64,000 nucleotides of DNA, from contig OZ025747.1 of the NCBI GenBank assembly GCA_964019335.1, forward strand, positions 62,001-126,000. Reading direction: 5' to 3'. Position 1 is the stretch's first letter; the number at the start of each line of letters is the position of its first letter. This DNA is from Diplonema japonicum. Lineage: Eukaryota > Protista > Euglenozoa: Diplonemea. Positions 35,383 to 44,397 of this stretch are shown in pieces. The position numbers and the translations under genes were made by a program. The notes below the pieces were generated by a model. It was not told the DNA's origin, did not search any database, and saw only the letters and a list, made by a program, of their open reading frames with translations.

Positions 35383-36004
35383 GTAATTTAAAAAGGCGGA
35401 ATATAATCTTTTTCTATAAAAAAACGAGTAACTAGAGGAGAGAGGGAAATGAAAGTACCAATGGGCACATGGGGGTGGTGGAAAAAGAGGGAAAGCCCTC
35501 CCCACCCCCGTTGTCTCAACTCGAATCTCTACTTCCTATTTTTTTTCTTCTTCTTTCCATTTTACTTCATGTGGGCCCTCCCCCGTATCGGAAGCCCAGG
35601 GCGACCAGAATGAAAAAAAAGGGAAGGAAAAAAAAAAAAAGAGGGGGATGGGGTGACAAACACAGACTCTAAGAAGCCTTTCGGTTAATTCAGCCCCTCC
35701 CCAACCATTCCCTCTTTCAGATTCCAACATGCTTACATCAGGAACAGACAGAGGGAGAGTCCGTATTGATAATTTTTTTTAAATTTTTTTTTTCATTCTT
35801 TATATTAAAAAAAAAATTGTACAATTTAATAAATAAAAAAAAAAAAACGGGAATATAAAAAAAAAAGTAAAACGTAATGACCCCCCCAAAAAAAAGAAAC
35901 CTGTTTTATATGCTTTTCTTCTTCTTCTTCCAAACTCAAATCAACCCCCTCAAGGCGCACTACACTGGGGCACTGGGGGGGGGGAGAAAAAGAGAAAAAA
36001 AAGA

Positions 36005-38968
36005 ATGACAAGTTATGTCGAACGACTGGAACACGACACCGAGAGGTTGAAAACTGCTTTGGGGTTCAAACAGTTAAATCTATCGTCGAACACAACAAGC
36101 GACCACACAAAAGCGATTTTAGATTTGCAAAGTGAGGTCGGAGAGTTGCTAAGGTACAAGGAAGAATGCTTCAACACTAAAGCAGAGGTCAGCGTGCTCC
36201 GTGACAGGCTTCGCGAGAAAGAATTGGATTCCAGAGAGGTCCGTGGACAGGTTAAAAACCTACTGGAAGAGAACGATACGGCCTACGAGAAAATGTGTGA
36301 AAAAAGCGTTCGGTTAGAACGAGAAGTGGAACAGTTAAGAGCGTTCATTGCTGCAATGAAAACAGATGCTGCAAAGCAATGCGAGACCAACAGCCGGCTC
36401 CACGGGCAGATCTTGAACTTTCAGAAGAAAAACCAAAAGCTCAACGCCGACATCTCCGTCTTAACAGGTCAAAAACAAGCGTTAAAAACAACCCTCAACG
36501 AACTGGAGTATTCCCACAAAAAAAACAGCACATCCGTTGACGATCTCGCTGTTAAATATTCCTCAGAGCTGCGAGAAATCCGTGCCGAGCTAGAATCGAA
36601 ACACAGGCTGATCACAACCCAATCTGAAGAGTTTTCCGCACTCCGTTCTCATTCAAACAAGCAAACCTCGATAATAACAGAGTTGAACATCTCTGTCTCA
36701 AGCTTAACCGATCGTCTTGAACAACTCATTTCTGAAAATTCCGATCTCCCCAGGCTTCGTACAGCGTCTAACGATTTGATCAAAGCAACGCTAGAAGCCG
36801 ACAATCTCCGGAAAGAGAACTCCCGGATCAAACTGGAACTCGACAGTGAAAAAACTGCGCGAAGCAATTCAGAAGCTGAAGTGTACCAATTGAAGATTAT
36901 CACACAGCAGCATAGAGACAGAATACAGGAAACCCATGGTGTTGAAAGAGAAGAGTGCGAGAGAATGAGAACACAGCTTCACCGTATCGAAAAAGAACTG
37001 CAACACGCCACGGAACGTGAAGAAAAACTTACCACGCACCTCCACACAGTAACACGGCAAGCTGAATCCACCGTTTCTGACGAAGTAGCTAGAAAAACAA
37101 ACGCTGCGGCATCTTTGGAAAACTGTGTAAGGCTGCTTACGATCGTGTTGGAAAATACTTTAAAAGGCGAACCGCCTGCTCTGCCTCATCCTTCCCCTGT
37201 GCGACACTCCTCATTAGATGTGTGCTTTTCACCGGTGGCGGAGGTTCTGAACGAAACCAAACGGAAAGTTTTTACAATCTGCTGCGAGGTTCAAAAACTT
37301 CGCGGGCAGTTGGAATCCGTCCTCAGTGCGAACGACACCCAAGAGAAGAAAACAGCACAGCTTCAACAAGACCACCTCGCGGTGGTCAAAGAGCACCACA
37401 AAACAACTCAAGACAACGAAAACCTAGTGAAAGCTCTAAGAGAAGCAAAGGAACTAACCAACATAGCCGAGGATAAGCTTGTCTCAGCGCACGCTGACCA
37501 AACCTCGAAAGAAGCCTCCCTTGAAAAGCTCGTCCGAAGCAGCAAGATGTTCGCAACCGTGCACATCAATGACACACCTTTATCCTTCGACACCCTACTC
37601 TTCATGCTTAACGATGCATTGACCGCCGCTGCACAACTTGTAGAAACAAAAGAAGCACGTCTCACCGAACTAGAACAGGAATCCTCGCGGCTTGAGGTAA
37701 ACCTCTACAAAACCGAGGTGGAGAAAACACAACTGGGGCAGGAACTCTCCCGAAAAAACGTTCAGCTCGGCGACGCCAAGCATATCGAAGCGAAGCGAGC
37801 TGAAACCGAAGCGAGACTGAACAAGGCCGAACAAGAGAAAACAGATCTGGAACAAATCCTCGCACGGAACACCATGCAACTGGGAGATCTCGAGACAAGG
37901 TTGCACAAAGCCGAAGCAGCAAAAGCGGAAGCCGAGGAAGCGAACATACGCTTGGCACAGGACTTCTCATTGAAACGCGGCCACGAAGAAGCAAACCTTT
38001 ACAAATTAACAACGGAGAGAGCACAGCTGGAACAGGACGTCGAAGCCATAAAAACAAAACTGCTCAGATCCGAGGCCGAAGCGTCACGAAGAACCGCTCA
38101 ACTAGAAACAAAGCTTTTCAAAACCGAAACCGAAAACGCTTCTCTCTCGCAAAAACACACCCAACAACAACACACAATGGACACCATCAAGAACCTATCG
38201 TGTTTCTCCCACACGGTCCTGTACAAGACCGTGGAACTACTGTTGGAAAGAAACGCAATGTCGAGGTACTGCAGGGAGCTGTACCAAGCAGTGCAGATCT
38301 ACGAAGGCGGCCCGAAGAGAGCGGGGAGATACTCGCTAAGAGCAGCTGTTTTCGGGGTAATCGCCGCCAGGAGGCTCCGCAACATCCACAACTTAAGTAG
38401 GGTCCCGAAAAATCACCACATGCTGCTCCCGTTGTTGAACACCATAAAAATGACAAAATGCAAGGTGACAATGGAAAATCTGCCTTCTCTGCCAACAACA
38501 CATGACGCCAAGTGTATTTCAGATTTCATCACACAAATTGTTGACACACTTGAACCACAGACATCCATACAAATAGGTTACAGCATTCCCCGTGGAGTGT
38601 CTCCAGTTGTACTAGCTGAAAAAACGCTACTTAAAAACCATGCTGCACTGTCGGGAAGGGACTCGTTTGTTCAAAGGATTGAAGGGAAGGTGCGGGAGAT
38701 TGAAGGGGGTGTTATAACGCGCTCTCCCCCTCCAAAGAACATCAGCCCGAAACGGACCAACATGTTCCCCTTGGACTCTACTCCAACGCGTGTGGTCGAC
38801 AGCTCGAATCCCGTGCTTGCGTTTATTTCACGTTTGGACCAAAGGGTCGAGGAGACTCTGCAAAGGTCGCGTGCCTTAAATTTAACTGCTTCAAACATCA
38901 CCTCGGTAGACTCTGACGGGAGCCTTTTGAACCCTGTAATAATGACTGAGCCGCCGTCACCTCTTTAG
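36005..38968 (+). CDS. Long coiled-coil protein, CCDC171-like
   Basis: 987 aa, heptad-rich. LRAAVFGVIAARRL resembles the conserved FR..V.AV.AA.RL motif of CCDC171-like proteins (family call tentative). Confidence 0.7.
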   Translation: MTSYVERLEHDTERLKTALGFKQLNLSSNTTSDHTKAILDLQSEVGELLRYKEECFNTKAEVSVLRDRLREKELDSREVRGQVKNLLEENDTAYEKMCEKSVRLEREVEQLRAFIAAMKTDAAKQCETNSRLHGQILNFQKKNQKLNADISVLTGQKQALKTTLNELEYSHKKNSTSVDDLAVKYSSELREIRAELESKHRLITTQSEEFSALRSHSNKQTSIITELNISVSSLTDRLEQLISENSDLPRLRTASNDLIKATLEADNLRKENSRIKLELDSEKTARSNSEAEVYQLKIITQQHRDRIQETHGVEREECERMRTQLHRIEKELQHATEREEKLTTHLHTVTRQAESTVSDEVARKTNAAASLENCVRLLTIVLENTLKGEPPALPHPSPVRHSSLDVCFSPVAEVLNETKRKVFTICCEVQKLRGQLESVLSANDTQEKKTAQLQQDHLAVVKEHHKTTQDNENLVKALREAKELTNIAEDKLVSAHADQTSKEASLEKLVRSSKMFATVHINDTPLSFDTLLFMLNDALTAAAQLVETKEARLTELEQESSRLEVNLYKTEVEKTQLGQELSRKNVQLGDAKHIEAKRAETEARLNKAEQEKTDLEQILARNTMQLGDLETRLHKAEAAKAEAEEANIRLAQDFSLKRGHEEANLYKLTTERAQLEQDVEAIKTKLLRSEAEASRRTAQLETKLFKTETENASLSQKHTQQQHTMDTIKNLSCFSHTVLYKTVELLLERNAMSRYCRELYQAVQIYEGGPKRAGRYSLRAAVFGVIAARRLRNIHNLSRVPKNHHMLLPLLNTIKMTKCKVTMENLPSLPTTHDAKCISDFITQIVDTLEPQTSIQIGYSIPRGVSPVVLAEKTLLKNHAALSGRDSFVQRIEGKVREIEGGVITRSPPPKNISPKRTNMFPLDSTPTRVVDSSNPVLAFISRLDQRVEETLQRSRALNLTASNITSVDSDGSLLNPVIMTEPPSPL

Positions 38969-39003
38969 CATTTTTTTTTTAAAAAAAGAAAAAAAAAGGG
39001 GGG

Positions 39004-39049
<46 letters not shown>

Positions 39050-39185
39050 TTAGAAAAAGAAAATAGAGGTTTTCAAAAAAAAAAGATTTTTTTTTCTCTT
39101 TTTTAGTTCGAGAAACAAAACAAAAAAATCCCTCAACAAAAAAAAAAAAACCAGACATTTGAAGAAAAAAAAAAGGAAAAAAAAA

Positions 39186-39508
39186 ATGTCGCCGATTGGG
39201 CATCTTAACTGGAAGGGTAAGCTCGCGACTGTGTCTACCCCCTTTGATCTTTACTGCAACAAGTATGAGAGGGGAGGGGGAAAAAAAAGGGGGGGTTGTA
39301 AATTTTTATAGATGGAGGGCAAACCTTCTGAACCTTTGCTCATCTGCCGTCGTGCCATTCTGCACCCCATTCTACTTCGCCGCGACCCACTTCAGGCAGA
39401 GGAAGCTCAACAACGAACTGGTATGAAGAATAAAAATTTAACCATCTACCAACGAGCGTCTCTGTGAGACGATTTGAAGGGGCAAAAAATGGTCCGTTGG
39501 TAGATGGT

Positions 39509-39550
<42 letters not shown>

Positions 39551-39617
39551 CCGTAACGACCTTTGGCCTAACAGCAAGATCGCTGCCTACAAGGGGTTCG
39601 GTGTGGTCGGATCGTAA
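39186..39617 (+). CDS. 84-aa three-exon microprotein (exons 39186-39262, 39312-39420, 39549-39617)
   Basis: ATG after an A tract; two GTATGA..AG introns (phase 2 and 0) give an open frame MSPIGHLNWKGK...AYKGFGVVGS*. Confidence 0.75.
39442..39507. mobile_element. 66-bp piggyBac MITE (family A) inside an intron
   Basis: TTAA|CCATCTACCAACG ... CGTTGGTAGATGG|TTAA with perfect 13-bp TIRs; right end matches 33235-33261. Confidence 0.9.
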
Positions 39618-39804
39618 GAGAAAAAATAATAATTAGTCAGATAAGTTCCCCCCCCCCCCCCCCGCACATCCCTTATATTTTTTTTTCCACCCACCCCTTC
39701 CACCGCCCTTGGGGATTTTTTTTCCTTTTTTTTTTTCGGTTTTTTTTTTTCTTTTTCTCTCTTTTTTTTGGGACAGTGTGTTTATTTTTTTTTGTTGTTG
39801 GAAG

Positions 39805-39838
<34 letters not shown>

Positions 39839-39871
39839 TCGGGAAGGAAAAAAAAAAAAAAAAAAAAAAAA

Positions 39872-40297
39872 ATGTACTCAAGCTTGATGACAGATTCACC
39901 GCAAAAAAGAATGTTACCAGAAAGAGAGGCGGGGGGGAAGAGGGGTGACAGGAGGGACTTCGGTACCTGGAAGAGTAATAGAACGATGCCGTACTTGGCT
40001 CCGCAGATTAGAACAGTGAATGCTGTGTTGGAAAGGCGGAGAGAGGAAGAGGACGGACCGAGAGAAATCGTCAGCAGGCAGAAGGCAAAAAGAGTGGTCA
40101 AGAGGTCAATGGACCAGGGAGAGCCAACATCAAGCTACCCAAGGCATCAAAATCGCACTATTTTGCAACCACGAGAGGGGAAGAGTACTACTCACAACGA
40201 AACCAACAGACATATTCCCTCCCCCCAGCCAGCACACTCAGAGGAAGAGTCAGTTACTGAGACCATTGATTTTGGTCAGAGAGGGGGCCGCGACTAA
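39872..40297 (+). CDS. Hypothetical basic/disordered protein (141 aa)
   Basis: ATG after an A tract; ORF fills a complex-sequence island; no motif recognised. Confidence 0.45.
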   Translation: MYSSLMTDSPQKRMLPEREAGGKRGDRRDFGTWKSNRTMPYLAPQIRTVNAVLERRREEEDGPREIVSRQKAKRVVKRSMDQGEPTSSYPRHQNRTILQPREGKSTTHNETNRHIPSPQPAHSEEESVTETIDFGQRGGRD

Positions 40298-41258
40298 AAA
40301 AAGAAACATGGGAAGGATTCAGGGAAAATTTTTTTTTTGTTTTTATTGTAAATATATAATTAACAAGATAGCGATACCGCTTTGCCGTTTCTTCGGACAC
40401 GCTAGTGGTGATGATAGAAGGGAGAAGAAAAGGAAGGGGGGAAAAAAAAAAGGGAGATCTTTCGTTTCCTTTAGTACAGCATAATATTTTTTTTTTTTTG
40501 ATTTCTAAGTTTTTTTTTTATTGTAACAGTAAAACACGGGAGAGGAAGGACGATTTACCCCCCCCCTTTTTTTCTCTTTAAGGGGATGGACCACACTTGG
40601 TGATTCACCCTGCATCCTCCTTCCCATTCTTTTTTGTTTTTGTTTTTTTTTTTTTTTTTTTTGTTTTAACACCAAGTGTTTGAATTTATCACTGGAGTGC
40701 TTTTTCTTCTTTTTTCTTGGGGGTTTTTTTCTTCTTCTTGCTTAAACTGCAACATGTAATTCACATTGCTATCTGTATCCTCAATTTTCTTTTTTTCTTT
40801 CCCCCTTATCTTCTCAATTGGGAATTTTTTTTTATACAGTAGACAGTGCAAGGCGCCACCAACTCTTATTTTTTTTTTTTAAAGTTCCACACCCTTTTTT
40901 TTTTAAATTTTCCCCCAGGTTTTTAATTAACCCAAAAGAAAAGGCACTCGAAAATAATTTCATCCCCCCCCCCCGCCCATCTTTTTTATTTTTCTTCCCC
41001 CCGGGGTTGCTTGGTGATATTTTCAAAAATTCATCCTACCAAAAAAAAAAAAGAAAAGAAAATTACAAGCAACCTTCCATTCACCAACCCCCCTCCCCCC
41101 CTTTCTTCCTCAGAAACATCTTATCCCTTTCCCTTTTCATTCCGCACAAAAAAACTTTTTAAAAAAAAAAGAAGAAAAAAAAAAACACAACAAAATATAA
41201 TTTAAACATATTCATCGATTGGAGGAAAAAAAAAAAAAGAAGAAAAAAAAGTACAGTA

Positions 41259-41292
<34 letters not shown>

Positions 41293-41385
41293 AATTTTTT
41301 TTCTCTTTCCAATTCTGTTTGCCGGGGAAAAACGAAAAAAAAAAACAGGGGAGGGAGGGTTGAAAAAAAAAAAAACATTCACCCC

Positions 41386-42558
41386 ATGAGCCTTCTCCGC
41401 CCCACAGCAGTGCTTCCATGGGGGCTCCGCACTGCCATAATTTGCCCGAAGCTTCCAACGGGAACGGGGGAAAAATTCCCCGAGACGATCTTTCAAAGGT
41501 GTGCCACGGTGGCAGAAGTGTGGGAAGCCGCTGGAAAAATACAACAATGGGAGAAAGAACTGGTCACGGGTTTGTTAAGAGCGCAGGTCAGGGTAATGGG
41601 GTTCCCGTACCTCCCGGTTTTCGGTTGGTGGCGGGAAATATGCAAGAACAACCAAAACACCGTGACCTCCGAAAATCTTGAAATCTACCTGACTCTCCTC
41701 ATCGTCTCGGGGAGGATTCTAACAGCATGCCGATACCTCACTTCCCAAACGTTCAAAAGCTGCTTAACCCCTCCCGAACCCCTTCTAATGGCATTGCTCA
41801 CAGCTTCTTCTGCAAAGAAACAGCACACTGCCCACGTCGTATCGACTATCTACAAACACCTACAATATTCCGGCCGGCTTTGGGGTTGTTCTGAAAGATT
41901 TCTCTTGAAAGTTTTTCAACACCACCGGGGCAAGCATCTTTATCATGATCAACTAGCAGTGCTCGTTAAAAAGAGACCTCGGTCTGTTGGTTTATTGCAG
42001 ATGAGCGGGAATAAGCACGTGAATTCCTTGAAGGTACAGAGAAGGTTCTTCATGAACAAAGCAGGGAACCGGTTGCTGGCTGTATTTGATTCGGTCCATG
42101 TGGATTTGAAGTCGTGTTTTAACGCGCTTGACACGTACCACGCGTTTCGCGTAAATAGTTGTGAAGATGATACTTCTGCTAATGTGTATTACCAGCAGAA
42201 GGCTTCTCTTGCTCACGTGCTCATCCGCAACCTCCCCCCGGACAACAACCGTTCGCGTGTTCTGAAACGGTTGGCAATGACATCCGATGCAGGAGCTCCA
42301 TCGCTCATCCGGGATTTCACTGAACCCGGGCTGCTCTGGTACACCCACCGTGACTACGCCATCGTTACGCTGTCAAGCGGGAATGCTGCGCAGAGGTTCA
42401 TTGCAAGGGTCGACGGTACGAGCCCTTACGGCAACCGGAACAAGAATTTGAAGCTCGCCCTGGCACGGGCGAAGGTCAACCACGTTGTGGAGAGGTTCGG
42501 CCGAAAAAAGACACGGTCTCAGGAAAAACCGAAGGGTGTCAAATGGGAAAAAATTTGA
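41386..42558 (+). CDS. Hypothetical protein with C-terminal RRM-like domain
   Basis: VLIRNLP (RNP2-like), YAIVTL (RNP1-like), AAQRFIARVDG..LKLALAR; N-terminus could be an organellar presequence. Confidence 0.6.
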   Translation: MSLLRPTAVLPWGLRTAIICPKLPTGTGEKFPETIFQRCATVAEVWEAAGKIQQWEKELVTGLLRAQVRVMGFPYLPVFGWWREICKNNQNTVTSENLEIYLTLLIVSGRILTACRYLTSQTFKSCLTPPEPLLMALLTASSAKKQHTAHVVSTIYKHLQYSGRLWGCSERFLLKVFQHHRGKHLYHDQLAVLVKKRPRSVGLLQMSGNKHVNSLKVQRRFFMNKAGNRLLAVFDSVHVDLKSCFNALDTYHAFRVNSCEDDTSANVYYQQKASLAHVLIRNLPPDNNRSRVLKRLAMTSDAGAPSLIRDFTEPGLLWYTHRDYAIVTLSSGNAAQRFIARVDGTSPYGNRNKNLKLALARAKVNHVVERFGRKKTRSQEKPKGVKWEKI

Positions 42559-42595
42559 ATTTTTTTTTTTTATTCCCCCAGAAATTCCGTAAACC

Positions 42596-42627
<32 letters not shown>

Positions 42628-42940
42628 TTTACTGCCAACAAGTAATGACTTTACCGTTACCTCGAGGTCGGTAAAGCATTACTTGGCGGTAGGTAAGTGG
42701 TTTTATTTCACGACACTCTGAAATTACTTCACGAACGAGGGGTGGCAAGGGTTACACCAAGGGTTACAAGAATTACATGGGGTTACAATACAAGCCTTTT
42801 TTTTCTTCTTTTTCTTTTTTGACTAGGAGCTGTCGCTGTCAGGGTTGCAGGCAGGAGTCTGTACTTCCGGGGGCCTGGGTGCGGTTACTGAGCATGTGCT
42901 ACTGATGTTTATAATGACTCCGGGTGCGATGTTTTGGATG

Positions 42941-43915
42941 TTATACGTGGCACCTTCGGAGGCAAACGTAGTGGGTTGAGCATTGGTAATTGTTGGGCAT
43001 GTGTTGTCGGTAGCTGTTCGCGATGGTCTTCACAAGCAGCTTTGATCTGTTTATATAGCTTTCTGCGATAGAAATCGATTTCCAACCATAGAACTTCATG
43101 AGTTCTACAGCTGATGCCCCATTTTCAACGGCTGCTGTTGCTGAAGACCTTCGCAGACTGTGCGAGGTGTATGTGCTTGGGTTTGGCTTCTTCAAGATTT
43201 CGGCTACTTTTTTAGTCACTTCCCGAACAGTGTTTATCCCTACCCTCTGACGCACGTATCCTTTACCATTTTGGTGGGATTTGTGCCGCAGATACTCTTC
43301 TGCCTCAGCAGGCAGGCGGCCACAGTACTCGTTGAAGGCGTCTTGAGCTGGTTCCTGGGGTATGAAAAGAAGGCTTAGTTCACCGTGTAGAACCCCTTTG
43401 CTTCAGGCGAGTAAATGGTATCCAGGTGCCGAGGTCGTCGTTTTTAATGTTCGTGAGGAGCAGGGAGTACAGTTCCTCAGAGCGCAGCCCACCGAAAAAA
43501 CCAGCAACAAAAAAAAGGCTTTGTATTGAACGAGATAGTTCAAGGGAATGGATTTGTGTTCTTTCAGGGCAAGGAGGGCATCGACATCCTCATTGTTAAA
43601 GATGTTTGCCTTCTTTACAGGCTTCTGGCGTTGTTCTTCAGCTCTTTTGATTAACCTTTTTAGGTCATCAAACTCGTCCTCGCTTGTCTTGTACTTCGCG
43701 ATGTGGACTGCCTTCAACATGCTGAAGTAGGTCCACAGAGAAGAGGGACTGATTTCCTCCCTCAACTTTTTCACGTACTTCTCTATATGAAGGACAGTTA
43801 GAGCCTTCACCCCTGACTTCTCCACCAACTCGGACCAGGCCTTCTCGTACCTGGCGCGGCTCTTCACAGGCAGTCTTTCCTGCCAGTCGCGCCTCTCTTT
43901 CTGCTGCTTTGGCAT
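42941..43915 (-). pseudogene. Tyrosine recombinase with two compensating frameshifts
   Basis: Reconstructed LPVKSRARYE..PSSLWTYFSMLK..KKANIF..GGLRSEEL..RLKQ..QRVGINT..YTSHSLRRSSAT..GWKS..AESY; the R-K-H-R-W-Y catalytic set is complete. Frame shifts at the T8 run (~43509-43516) and near 43394-43403. Confidence 0.88.
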
Positions 43916-43954
43916 TTGAAACCTAGAGAGTGAAAAATTAGGCATAAAAGTGGG

Positions 43955-44094
43955 CAAATTGGGAGGAAAAAGTAGTCCAACTTGGAACTGAGCCGAGGCA
44001 AAAGTTGGCCAATTGAGCTGAACCTGGGGGGAAATTGACAAACTGAGAGGAAAAAGTAGCCCCACTGGGAACCGAACCGAGGCAAAAATTGGCC
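43955..44094. repeat. Two ~56-bp imperfect direct repeats (period 84) upstream of the recombinase
   Basis: CAAATTGGGAGGAAAAAGTAGTCCAACTTGGAACTGAGCCGAGGCAAAAGTTGGCC vs CAAACTGAGAGGAAAAAGTAGCCCCACTGGGAACCGAACCGAGGCAAAAATTGGCC. Confidence 0.8.
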
Positions 44095-44397
44095 TACCGA
44101 GGCATATTTAACGGAAACCCCCTATTACTTCACGGAAAACAGGCCATTATTTCACCGTGAAGTAATGCGATTTATCGTAAAGTAATGGGCCCCCTAGTGC
44201 GTGAAGTAATTTCTGAAGAGTGAAATAAAAAAAAAAAAAAAAAAAAAAAACGTAGGAGGGGCACAATAAATAGGGGTGGTAAAAAAAAAACTCACGCTGG
44301 GGGAGTATTGTAAGAAACGCAGGGCGGTTCGTTGGCACTGGGGCCGAGGGCCATAAGCGGGGCATTGAAGGGGCCTAATTCAAAGTCGAATGCTTCC

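Larger units (their letters stand above)
42626..44230 (-). mobile_element. Crypton-type tyrosine-recombinase transposon
   Basis: Imperfect inverted ends TTTTATTTCAC..GAAATTACTTCACG (42701-42733) / CGTGAAGTAATTTC..GTGAAATAAAA (44200-44230), with a long palindrome at 42626-42695, enclose a tyrosine recombinase gene. Confidence 0.8.
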
